Positions 18,718-27,171 of a DNA stretch of 64,000 nucleotides are shown piece by piece. Numbering within the stretch: position 1 is the stretch's first letter; the number at the start of each line of letters is the position of its first letter. The DNA comes from a virus: positions 1 through 64,000 of the IMG/VR virus record IMGVR_UViG_3300045116_000451; one strand, 5' to 3'. The notes under the pieces were generated by a model. The model saw only the letters and a list, made by a program, of their open reading frames with translations, ran no database searches and was not told the origin of the DNA. A program made the position numbers and the translations under genes.

Positions 18718-19467
18718 TCAGACCGCGACGAACCTGTGGATCTGGTGGAAGGCGTACTCGGCCGGGCAGAACTTGCCGATGTCGTGCAGCCATCGGTTCA
18801 CCTCTTCGTCGTTGTCGGTGAGATGGCGGAGGCGGTTGCCGATGACCTTCTCGTAGGCCCAGAAGGGCAGGAGCAGAGCGCCCGCGCTCTGCGCGAGCAC
18901 GAAACCGTGTCGCTTCACGAGGTCGATCAACTCGCGGAACCCGAATTCGCGCACGTGGTACTGGCACATGAGCGGGACTTCGACGCCGAGCTTTCGGCCC
19001 ATGCGCACGTGCAGCGAATCCCGGTTGGGAGTCGAGACCACGAACACGCCGCCCAGCTTGATGCACTCCCGGATCGCGTCCAGGCCCGCGTCGACATCGC
19101 CCCAGTGCTCGATCGTTTCTCGCGCGAGCACGAGGTCGAATGTGTCGCTGTACGACCGAAAGGTTTCGATCGGCCCGTGATGGATGGTCGCGTTTGGCAT
19201 GGCTTTGCAGGCCTCTTCGTACGCGCTTCGCACGGGCTCGACGCCGACGACACGGCATCGCAACTCGGCCATCAGCTCGCCCTTTCCGCAGCCAACGTCG
19301 AGGGCGTCAAGGTAATTCGTTTGGATCTCGGGGCACGCGAGGTCGTGAAATGCTCGGACCAGAGCTTCGTGCATTTGGCGGTCGAACGGGAGCGCCAGCG
19401 TTCCAACTCCCGGCGTGGACCAGAGCGCCTCGGCGAGACGGGTTGCGGTGTCGTGCGGTTGGCTCAT
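18718..19467 (-). CDS. Class I SAM-dependent methyltransferase
   Basis: ALDVGCGKG, FDLVLARETIEH, GGVFVVSTPN. Confidence 0.9.
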   Translation of the reverse strand: MSQPHDTATRLAEALWSTPGVGTLALPFDRQMHEALVRAFHDLACPEIQTNYLDALDVGCGKGELMAELRCRVVGVEPVRSAYEEACKAMPNATIHHGPIETFRSYSDTFDLVLARETIEHWGDVDAGLDAIRECIKLGGVFVVSTPNRDSLHVRMGRKLGVEVPLMCQYHVREFGFRELIDLVKRHGFVLAQSAGALLLPFWAYEKVIGNRLRHLTDNDEEVNRWLHDIGKFCPAEYAFHQIHRFVAV

Positions 19468-19510
19468 GCTCGGCAGGGTAGCCGAGCGATCGGATCGGCA
19501 CAAGCCGTGG

Positions 19511-19834
19511 TCACGGCTGGCGAGGTTCTCTTCGTGCTTCGTCGATGATCGCCGCCAGCTCGGCTTCCAAGCCGTCGGGTACGCCTTGCGATACGTACTT
19601 GGCAGCGAGCGTTTGTGCGAGGTGCATGTGGCCGGCCTTTGCAGCTGCGCGAACCGCACCGCAGCGTGCAGCCGCGCCCTCGAGGTCGTGTGCGGGCAAC
19701 GCCGAAGCGATTTCGCTTTCCAGCTTGCATACCTTCAAGAACGCCAGTTGACGTTCAGCGGCGGTTTTGTGACCTCCGCCGTCCGCTAGAAGGATCGCGT
19801 GCGTGACTCGGTGGTACAGGTCTTGGAGCGTCAT
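19511..19834 (-). CDS. Hypothetical helical protein
   Basis: MTLQDLY start; EGAAARCGAVRAAAKAG helical repeat-like segment. Confidence 0.6.
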   Translation of the reverse strand: MTLQDLYHRVTHAILLADGGGHKTAAERQLAFLKVCKLESEIASALPAHDLEGAAARCGAVRAAAKAGHMHLAQTLAAKYVSQGVPDGLEAELAAIIDEARREPRQP

Positions 19835-20255
19835 GCGCCAGAGCGTAATACACGACGGGAAACGTGCTTGAACGATCGCGCGGAAGATCGACGCGCGCGA
19901 AATCGACAAGCGTAGCTCGGCGAGACACGCGAGCGCAAGCGGAATGAAGGCGATCGTAACTGCGCGACAGTGCGCGGGATCCCGCTCGGGCGCGCACGGA
20001 TACCGCCACGTTGTAATCCGGGCACGTGCAGATAAGCACCCCTTATTGCCACGTTAGCCGTACGGCCCGCGGGGCCCGGGGTGGGGTGCGGCATCGGGAA
20101 AAATCGGCCCGCGCGCGTCAAAAACATATGGCGCGCGCGCGTACTACGTGGTATGGTCTGTCCTGGACCACGGAGGTCCAGCAACCCCCCCCCCGGCAGG
20201 GCCGGGCGACGACGGGCGCCGCGCCCCCCCCCATCGCGCGGCAGGAGCGGACGAT

Positions 20256-20486
20256 ATGGTGACCCTGTGCACGGCCCCTAGGCCCCCCGATGACGTGCTG
20301 GTAGACCTACTGGACCCCGCGTACCCCCCGGGGGTACAGTGTTACGGCTGGACGGCCGTAGATGACGCGGAGTTGGAGGTCGCGGACGCCGTGTCGATCG
20401 GCCCGCGGGCAACGGCGGCGGCACGGGCCGTGCTAGACGCAGCCCGCGCGCGTGTCGCGTGCGCGGTGCATCCGTGTAGCCCGTAG
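20256..20486 (+). CDS. Hypothetical protein (76 aa), first gene of the early-like block
   Basis: AGGAG RBS; ATG 20256. Confidence 0.5.
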   Translation: MVTLCTAPRPPDDVLVDLLDPAYPPGVQCYGWTAVDDAELEVADAVSIGPRATAAARAVLDAARARVACAVHPCSP

Positions 20487-20515
20487 CACACCCCTGGCGA
20501 CGCGCCGCAGGGGCC

Positions 20516-21079
20516 ATGCACCGCCTAGACCCCCTCCGCGAGCTACTCCGCGCCGCCGGCGCGGCGGTCGAGGTCCGCGCGGGCCTGGCCGGACTCGCGG
20601 CGGACGGCGCGGTGCTGGCGCCTGCCACGTGGACCGCGCGCGTAGCACGTCCTGGCCTAGCTGTCGTGGCTGGTCGGGTCACGCTGGACGCGCACGCGAT
20701 CCCGCGCGCCGAGCTGCGCTCGGGCGAGCGCGCCTACCGCGCGACCTGGATCGAGGTCGTGGGCGGGGCCGTCCGGGTCGTGCGCGGAGTGATCGCGTCG
20801 CGCCTCACGGACCGGTCGCGCGTGGACTGGTCGCACGCGTCCGGGCTGGCCGAGTGGCGACGCACGGCCGGGGCCCGCGCGAGGCGCCCTAGCTGCCCCG
20901 CTGTCGCGTCGAGCACCTCGGACGGGTCGGACCATGGGCGCCCCGCCGAGCGCGATAGCGCGTGCTATACACAGTTTGCGGTGGGGCCTCGCGGCGGATC
21001 CGATGCCGCGACGTTCCACCACGCATCGATTGCGACCCCGGGCACAGCGCCCGGGGATTCGGGTTGCGCGCGCTGGTAG
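20516..21079 (+). CDS. Hypothetical protein, paralogue of the C-terminus of 21552-22364
   Basis: VTLDA..YRATWI..VRVVRGVI..WSHAS matches VTLAA..YDASWI..VRVQHGVI..WIHAS. Confidence 0.55.
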   Translation: MHRLDPLRELLRAAGAAVEVRAGLAGLAADGAVLAPATWTARVARPGLAVVAGRVTLDAHAIPRAELRSGERAYRATWIEVVGGAVRVVRGVIASRLTDRSRVDWSHASGLAEWRRTAGARARRPSCPAVASSTSDGSDHGRPAERDSACYTQFAVGPRGGSDAATFHHASIATPGTAPGDSGCARW

Positions 21080-21158
21080 CACGTGCTATCATGCGTAGCG
21101 CGTGGCGCGCGGTGCGCCTACGCGCTACGGTCGCCCGGACCGGATACCGGGCAGGGAG
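21064..21158 (+). promoter_or_regulatory. Repeated promoter/operator/leader, copy A
   Basis: TTGCGC-17-TATCAT with palindrome TAGCACGTGCTA (21077-21088); leader near-identical to copy C. Confidence 0.75.
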
Positions 21159-21163
21159 AAAAA

Positions 21164-21406
21164 ATGACACGCGAACAGGCGATCGATCGACTCGTAAACC
21201 AGGTGGCCCGGTGGGGCGAGGGCGAGCGCGATACATCGCGCCCCGCTGACTGGGATTCCCGGCCGAATCGGCGCGCCGAGCTGTGCGCCTGCCCGGACTG
21301 CGGCGAGTCGCACGTGGACAACTGCGACGACTGCGGCTGTTGTGGTTTCTGCGGCGACTGCCACTGCGGCGGCACGACGCGCTGGGATGCCGTCGCCGTC
21401 GAGTAG
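21164..21406 (+). CDS. Small Cys-rich metal-binding protein
   Basis: CACPDC..CDDCGCCGFCGDCHC; GGGAG RBS. Confidence 0.65.
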   Translation: MTREQAIDRLVNQVARWGEGERDTSRPADWDSRPNRRAELCACPDCGESHVDNCDDCGCCGFCGDCHCGGTTRWDAVAVE

Positions 21407-21427
21407 TGCGCCTAGCGCCCCCGCCCG

Positions 21428-21517
21428 CCCCGGGGCGTCCTGCCCCCCCCCCTCCCAAAAACCGCTTGCGCGCGCTGGTAGCGCGTGCTATATGATGATA
21501 GCCCGCACGGAGCGGGC
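21428..21517 (+). promoter_or_regulatory. Repeated promoter/operator, copy B
   Basis: C-run/CAAAAA upstream, TTGCGC(21466)-17-TATATG, TAGCGCGTGCTA; hairpin GCCCGC-ACGGA-GCGGGC. Confidence 0.75.
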
Positions 21518-21551
21518 CAACGACCGGGCAGGGCCCGGGGAGGATAGAGCG

Positions 21552-22364
21552 ATGAGTCACCCACCTATCAGACTGAGCGTCACTGAACGAGGCCGACTGC
21601 ATCTGACCGGCCGCGCGGCGGGCTACCCCGCCGCGGACTACGCGTGCGTGTCGTCGCACGCGGATGATCTGGTCACGCGCTGGAGGCGCGCGTGTCAGGT
21701 CGCGGCGCGAGCATGCGACCTGCCGACGTCCGTGCGCGCGGCCGCGCTCGCCGCGCACGAGGTGCACGCGAGGCGCGAGATACAGCGGGCCACATCGATG
21801 GACCTGCTCGGCCGAAGATGCCCGGGACTCGCGGTCGCGCGCGCTACGCGCGTCCTCGCGCAGCGGTCGCGCGAGCACGAGGGACGCGTCGTGCACGCGG
21901 TGCGCGCAGCCTGGCACGTGTCCCCGTACCGTCGAGCGGCCGGGACCTGGGCAGGTGGCCATCACGGCCTGGAGGTCACCTGTTCCGAGTATGTTCAGGC
22001 TCGGACTGCAACCTGGAAAGTTTGGTCGAAAAACGGAAAATGGTCCGGGCTAGACGCTCGGACTGTCCTCGCGGTCGATCCGCGCAGGTACCCCCTCGAC
22101 CGCGCGGAGCTGCACGTGGTCGAGCGCCTGGTCACGCTCGCTGCGTCTCCGATCGCGTGCGCGACGGACGAGCAGGTCTACGACGCCTCGTGGATCAGGC
22201 AGGCGCGCGGGCTCGACGTGCGAGTGCAGCACGGTGTGATCTACCGTCGCCGATCCCGAGCGGGCGGCGCGTGGCTACCGTGGATCCACGCGTCCACGCT
22301 CGCCGCCGCTCGATCGGTCACGTCCCGTCTAGTGCGCGAGGCGCGCGCGCAGGTGTCGCCGTGA
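21552..22364 (+). CDS. Hypothetical protein (270 aa)
   Basis: GGAGG RBS, ATG 21552; GTGA coupling to next gene. Confidence 0.65.
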   Translation: MSHPPIRLSVTERGRLHLTGRAAGYPAADYACVSSHADDLVTRWRRACQVAARACDLPTSVRAAALAAHEVHARREIQRATSMDLLGRRCPGLAVARATRVLAQRSREHEGRVVHAVRAAWHVSPYRRAAGTWAGGHHGLEVTCSEYVQARTATWKVWSKNGKWSGLDARTVLAVDPRRYPLDRAELHVVERLVTLAASPIACATDEQVYDASWIRQARGLDVRVQHGVIYRRRSRAGGAWLPWIHASTLAAARSVTSRLVREARAQVSP

Positions 22365-23146
22365 GCTACCGCCGCGCCCCCCTCGCTGCGTGGCTGGCCC
22401 CGGAATACCCGCGCGCGTCGCTGGAGCAGGCGCGCCAGCTGCGATCGGGCCTCGCGCCGGCCGCCATCGCGCGCCGCGCCGACCCCGCCTCGACGCTCAC
22501 GGCCGCGGAGGCGCACGCGTGGCTGAGCGAGTCGCCCGACGTCGCGCCCCTCGCGTGGGCCACGCGTCACCTGCTCCGCGGCCAGCACGTCGTGCGGTCG
22601 TGGACCGTGCTCGGGTGGCTGCGCCGCGTGCTCGCCACGCCCGCGGAGCGCGCGGCGCTCCAGCGCGATCGGACCGTGCGCGGGCCCGGCGGGCAGACCG
22701 CGCGCGTGCGGCTCGTCGACCGCATCGACGAGATCCAGGACTGCGACCTAGCGCGCGGCGCCCGCACGGGCGTCGTGGCCGCCTTCGAGGCCGCCGCGGA
22801 GCGGTGGGGGTCGGCGTACCTCGCGCGCCTCGCGACCGACCATCGCGTGCTCCGCGACCCGCCCCCGTGGCGCCTCGGAGCACGCGTGCGCGTGCTCATC
22901 ACCGCCGCGGACCTAGTCCGTGAGGGGGCGGATATGCACCACTGCGTCGGCGGGTACGCTCACGCCGTCTCGACCGGGCAGAGCGTGATCCTCTCGATCC
23001 GGTGCCGCGCGCATCGGAGCACGGTTGAGGTGTCCCGAGACGGGTGTATCCGACAGCACAAGGGGGCAGGGAATGTTCCCCCGGACTCGGTGTGTGTGGC
23101 TATTCTGGAGAGTCTGAAACGAAGGAATGGGTGGCAACATGGGTAA
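22361..23146 (+). CDS. PcfJ-domain protein
   Basis: DLVREGADMHHCVGGY..ILSIR..TVEV..IRQHKG.GN. Confidence 0.8.
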   Translation: MSYRRAPLAAWLAPEYPRASLEQARQLRSGLAPAAIARRADPASTLTAAEAHAWLSESPDVAPLAWATRHLLRGQHVVRSWTVLGWLRRVLATPAERAALQRDRTVRGPGGQTARVRLVDRIDEIQDCDLARGARTGVVAAFEAAAERWGSAYLARLATDHRVLRDPPPWRLGARVRVLITAADLVREGADMHHCVGGYAHAVSTGQSVILSIRCRAHRSTVEVSRDGCIRQHKGAGNVPPDSVCVAILESLKRRNGWQHG

Positions 23147-23369
23147 CGCACGAAAAGTGAAGCTCGGCCGCGCCAGGCTCATCCTGCGCGACCATGCCGC
23201 GTGGGCCGGCGTCTCGGTTCCGCGCTCGGTGATGCGCCGCGAGACGGCGGCGCTCCTGCCGCTCGCCCGGCCGCGCGGGCTCGTGGCCGTGCTCCGCCTC
23301 GCCTGGCGGTGCGCCGTCGCCGCGTGGCGATGCTCGCGCGCCGCTGCCCGCCGTCTCCCCGTCTCCTAG
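23139..23369 (+). CDS. Hypothetical basic protein
   Basis: Overlaps the PcfJ stop; ends before the next promoter. Confidence 0.45.
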   Translation: MGNARKVKLGRARLILRDHAAWAGVSVPRSVMRRETAALLPLARPRGLVAVLRLAWRCAVAAWRCSRAAARRLPVS

Positions 23370-23379
23370 CCTCCCCCGT

Positions 23380-23510
23380 CCCCGGGGCGGCCTGTCCCCC
23401 CCCTCCCAAAAACCGCTTGCGCGCGCTGGTAGCACGTGCTATATGCACAGTGCGTGGCGCGCGGTGCGCCTACGCGCTACGGTCGCCCGGACCGGATACC
23501 GGGCAGGAGA
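23380..23510 (+). promoter_or_regulatory. Repeated promoter/operator/leader, copy C
   Basis: TTGCGC(23417)-17-TATATG, TAGCACGTGCTA (23430-23441); upstream part matches B, downstream part matches A. Confidence 0.75.
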
Positions 23511-23517
23511 CACCATC

Positions 23518-23949
23518 ATGGCTACTATCCTCACCCATCTGGCGGACCCCCGGAGCGCGACACCGGGTCCGTGCGCTATTTGCGGTTCCGACGCGACGTC
23601 CTGGCGCCGCACCGGCCTGGCCGCGGGCGGGCTCGTGCGCGCGGCGCGCGCTTGCGAGGCGCACGAGCACGACGTGGTCAGCGCGTTGGCCGCGCTCACC
23701 ATGGACGATTGCGTCTCGTTCGTGCCGCGCGCGAGGCGGCTCGCGCGCGCCGATGCCGCCGAGCGTCGCGCGGAGAGGCTGTGCGCGCGAGCTGGCGGGT
23801 GGCGGCGGATGTCCGCGTCGCTCCGTGGCGCATCGTCGCACACGCACACGTGTGCGCTCGTCGGGGGCGCATGCGCGCGCGAGGCCGCCGCGCTCGATGC
23901 CTATGCCGCCGCGCTCCGGGCGTCGATCGGGACGGGGGGTGAGTCATGA
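23518..23949 (+). CDS. Hypothetical protein, possible Zn finger
   Basis: CAIC..CEAH; AGGAG RBS. Confidence 0.55.
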   Translation: MATILTHLADPRSATPGPCAICGSDATSWRRTGLAAGGLVRAARACEAHEHDVVSALAALTMDDCVSFVPRARRLARADAAERRAERLCARAGGWRRMSASLRGASSHTHTCALVGGACAREAAALDAYAAALRASIGTGGES

Positions 23950-25433
23950 CCAGCACCTACACGCTCGCGGGCATCCGCGCTGTGCCGGTGACGATTGGCG
24001 TTACCATGACCGAGCGATCCGGGGTCTCGATCATGGGCATGACCGACGTCGACGCGCGCGAGACGCGCGTGCGCGTGCGCGCTTCCCTGGCGCGCCTCGG
24101 TGTGGACGTGGCCAGCCTCTCGGTCACAGTCATCGCCGATCCGCCCGTCACGTCGGACGCGGCGGCGCTCGATCTGCCGATCGCGTGCGCCGTGCTGGAG
24201 GCGCTCGGCGCCGTGCCGCCCGAGGCGCTGCGCGGCACCGTCATGCTCGGCGGGCTGTCGCTCACCGGCGCGGTGCGACCGATCCGGGGGCTCCTGCCTC
24301 GGCTCATCGGGGCGCGCGAGGCCGGGATGCGGCGGGCCATCGTGCCGGCGGGCAACGCGCGCGAGGCGGGCGCGGTCTCGGGGATCGAAGTGTTCGTCGC
24401 CGAGCACCTGGAGCAGGTGCGCGATCACGTGCGCGGCAAGGCTCTGCTTTCGACCGCGGCGGCGCGGGCCTACGAGGCGAGCGACGAGGCGGCGTTCGAC
24501 CTGGGCGACGTCAAGGGCCAGCACGCCGCGCGGCGAGCGCTCGAAATCGCCGCCGCGGGCGGCCATCACCTTCTCATGCTCGGCCCGCCGGGCGGCAAGA
24601 CGATGCTCGCCCGGCGAATGCCGTCCATTCTGCCGCCCCTCACCTTCGACGAGGCGATCGAGGCGAGCGTGGTTCACTCGGTCGATGGCATCTTGCCTGC
24701 CGACTCGGGCATCGTGCGGTCGCGTCCCTTCCGCGCCCCCCACTACACCGTGAGCGAAGCCGGGCTCGTGGGCGGCGGCGATCCGCCCCGGGCCGGCGAG
24801 GTCTCGCTCGCGCACCACGGCGTGCTGTTCCTCGACGATCTGGCGGAGTTCCGTCGGAGCACGCTCGAACAGTTGCGCGCTCCGCTCCACGACGGGTCCG
24901 TGACCGTCGGCCCGAACCGCGCCCGTGCGACGTTCCCGGCCCGCCCGATGCTCGTGGCGGCCATGAACCCCTGCCCGTGCGGCTACGCGGGAGAGGGGAG
25001 CGGGCGGTGCCGGTGTACCGTCGACGCGGTCACCCGATACCGCGACCGCGCGCTCGGTGCGCTCGGCGATCTGATCGACGCCCGAGTGCGGATCGAGCCG
25101 ACGAGCCCGAGCGCTCTAGCGGCCGCACCCCCGGGCGAGCCGTCGAGCGCTGTGCGAGAGCGCGTGGTGGCCGCGCGCGCGCGGCAGGCAGCCCGGCAGG
25201 ACGGGCAGCTCAACGGGCGCCTCGACCAGGCCGATTTCGAGCGCGTTGCGCCGCTCGACGAGCCCTCGACGCGCATGCTCGCTATCGCGGCGGAGGCCCG
25301 CGCGCTCGACGCCAGCGCCATTGTGCGCGTCCGTCGTGTCGCGCGCACGATCGCGGACCTAGACGGTGTCGAGCACGTGCGCGCCGAGCACGTGGCCGAG
25401 TCGCTCGCCCTCGCGGCCCCGGTTCTCCTGTAG
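23946..25433 (+). CDS. comM: ComM/YifB-family AAA+ protein with degenerate catalytic motifs
   Basis: DVKGQ..RRALEIAAAGGH, RPFRAPH, GEVSLAHHGVLFLD, AAMNPCPCG, RVARTIADL. Confidence 0.9.
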   Translation: MTSTYTLAGIRAVPVTIGVTMTERSGVSIMGMTDVDARETRVRVRASLARLGVDVASLSVTVIADPPVTSDAAALDLPIACAVLEALGAVPPEALRGTVMLGGLSLTGAVRPIRGLLPRLIGAREAGMRRAIVPAGNAREAGAVSGIEVFVAEHLEQVRDHVRGKALLSTAAARAYEASDEAAFDLGDVKGQHAARRALEIAAAGGHHLLMLGPPGGKTMLARRMPSILPPLTFDEAIEASVVHSVDGILPADSGIVRSRPFRAPHYTVSEAGLVGGGDPPRAGEVSLAHHGVLFLDDLAEFRRSTLEQLRAPLHDGSVTVGPNRARATFPARPMLVAAMNPCPCGYAGEGSGRCRCTVDAVTRYRDRALGALGDLIDARVRIEPTSPSALAAAPPGEPSSAVRERVVAARARQAARQDGQLNGRLDQADFERVAPLDEPSTRMLAIAAEARALDASAIVRVRRVARTIADLDGVEHVRAEHVAESLALAAPVLL

Positions 25434-25450
25434 CCCCCCCCAAAATTCGC

Positions 25451-25480
25451 TTGCGTTGTGTGCTAGCACGTGCTAGCACA
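25451..25480 (+). promoter_or_regulatory. Promoter/operator copy D with 22-bp perfect palindrome
   Basis: C-run CAAAATTCGC, TTGCGT; TGTGCTAGCACGTGCTAGCACA (25459-25480). Confidence 0.7.
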
Positions 25481-27096
25481 TGTCAGACGCGCACCCGCTC
25501 GCGCGTTTTCGATCGCGCATGCGTAGCTCCTGCCCCCGTCCTAGGTCCGACCGCGCCACGTGGCAACACGTGCTGGCGGTCGAATACGACCTGCCGGCCC
25601 ACGCGGGCGCGGCGAGAATCTGGGCGCGCGTGACGCGGCCGCCGCGCCCGATTCTCACGCCGGGCGCGTACGTCGCCGCCTGCCGGCGCCTTGCGGGCGA
25701 CCGCGTCTACACAGACGTTGTCCTCGACGGCGATCCGCCGTGGCGCCCGCTCGTCGGCTACTCACGCGTTGACGGGCGCCTCGTCGCGGCCGGGTTCGGG
25801 CTCTGCCCGCCACGCCGGTGGGTCGAGTCCGAGCTGGACCGGTTCCTGCGGTTCTGGCGCCGCACGGCGGGCCGGCCCGGGCTGGTTGGTTCCTCGTACA
25901 ATCCGCATTCGCCCGAGGTCACCTACCAGGCGTTGCGCGCCGGCGTGCCCGCGTGGATCGTGGCCTCAGGCGTCCGGCTCACAGGCCGTGACGGGCGCGT
26001 GCACCGAGTGACGCGCTCTAGGCGCCGGCGCCTGCAGGCCATGGCGAGGGCCATGCGCCGCCGCAGTTTCCACCGCTACGGCGTGACGTGGGGCCACGAC
26101 GCGCTACGGGCGATCGGGCGTCTGTCGCCCGAACTACAGGCCGTGGCGGTTTTGTCGGTGCGTCGCGAGCAGGCCGCCCGCAAATTCGCCGCGTGGACCG
26201 TCCGCGCGCGGGACCTGGACTGGCCACGGATAGCCGCGGTCCAGGCCGAGATCCTGGCGAACCCCACTGGCCCCCTCCGGGCCGCGTGGTCTGCCGTCGC
26301 CGACGCAAAAACGCCGCTGGGCGTCCGCGCAACGGCGATGCTCCCCGCGTGGTGCCGGGCCGAGGACGGGACCGTTAAGACGCGCCAGGCGATCGAATGG
26401 TTTGCGCCGGGCTCGCGCTGCGTCTCGCTCGCGCGCGCGGTGCGTCTCGCGCGCGGCGAAACGCCCGCCGAGATCGCAGGCGGGCTGCTCAGCGAGGCGG
26501 ACGCCGCGCGCTGGATCGCCTCGGAGCTGGATCCGGCGGAATGGCTCGCGGCCGAGATCGCGTCGGGCCTGCCGTCGGTCCGGGATCGCGAGCGAGTTCT
26601 GGACGAGCGTGGCCCGCGGCTCCTAGCGTGGCTGCGGGCAGTCGACCTGGCCGGCGGGTTGCCGGCGCTGTCGGCCGAACGCGTCCTGTCGAACCCGCAG
26701 GGCGAGCGGTTCCGGGTGCGGTACCTGGAGCAGCTCAGCACGTTCGAGCAGGCGCTGTACGTAGATTCGACGGAGCGCAACCCGGACGTGCTATTTGCCC
26801 GCGCGTTTGACTGGGGTTCGTGGCAGGCGCGCAACCTGCGTCCAGTCGAATCGCCCGCGCAGGAGGTGATGGAGCTGCGGGCGCGCGTGCAAATAGCGCG
26901 CGAGGCAGTAGCACAGCTGCTCGACGATTTGCGCGCCGGTCGCGCGCGCAGTCGAGACCTCGACGCCGCGCGCAGGGCGCTCGACGCGCTCGACAATGCC
27001 GCGCCGGGTGACGTGGTGCTCGTGCGCGTCACGCCCCCGGCTCGCCCCGGCTCCGAACCCCCCCGCAGAAAAATCGTCCTGCGGGAGACAGATTGA
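25480..27096 (+). CDS. Hypothetical protein sharing a domain with the PcfJ protein N-terminus (start uncertain)
   Basis: WFAPGSRCVSLARAVRLARGETPAEIA matches WLAPEYPRASLEQARQLRSGLAPAAIA. Confidence 0.6.
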   Translation: MSDAHPLARFRSRMRSSCPRPRSDRATWQHVLAVEYDLPAHAGAARIWARVTRPPRPILTPGAYVAACRRLAGDRVYTDVVLDGDPPWRPLVGYSRVDGRLVAAGFGLCPPRRWVESELDRFLRFWRRTAGRPGLVGSSYNPHSPEVTYQALRAGVPAWIVASGVRLTGRDGRVHRVTRSRRRRLQAMARAMRRRSFHRYGVTWGHDALRAIGRLSPELQAVAVLSVRREQAARKFAAWTVRARDLDWPRIAAVQAEILANPTGPLRAAWSAVADAKTPLGVRATAMLPAWCRAEDGTVKTRQAIEWFAPGSRCVSLARAVRLARGETPAEIAGGLLSEADAARWIASELDPAEWLAAEIASGLPSVRDRERVLDERGPRLLAWLRAVDLAGGLPALSAERVLSNPQGERFRVRYLEQLSTFEQALYVDSTERNPDVLFARAFDWGSWQARNLRPVESPAQEVMELRARVQIAREAVAQLLDDLRAGRARSRDLDAARRALDALDNAAPGDVVLVRVTPPARPGSEPPRRKIVLRETD

Positions 27097-27098
27097 AC

Positions 27099-27150
27099 TT
27101 GCGCCGCGTATACGCGGTGCTATCGTAGGCCATGCCCGCACGGCGCGGGC
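27099..27150 (+). promoter_or_regulatory. Promoter with a different palindrome and the shared leader hairpin
   Basis: TTGCGC-16-TATCGT; CCGCGTATACGCGG (27104-27117); GCCCGC-ACGGC-GCGGGC. Confidence 0.6.
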
Positions 27151-27171
27151 GCTGAACACCAGGAGGTGACC

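Noticed and set aside
23946-25433. comM as a host gene disrupted by integration
   Set aside because: The ORF is full length, ATGA-coupled to a viral-type gene and flanked by the viral promoter repeats
21064-25480. Repeated palindromic units as a CRISPR array or IS ends
   Set aside because: Spacing is 0.4-2 kb with genes in between, and there are no cas or transposase genes; the units match promoter geometry
23201-25633. 810-aa ORF and other long Arg/Ala/Pro-rich ORFs (e.g. 8526-9809, 44711-46705, 50862-52820, 57735-59558)
   Set aside because: Shadow or antisense frames of recognisable genes; stop codons are scarce at this GC content
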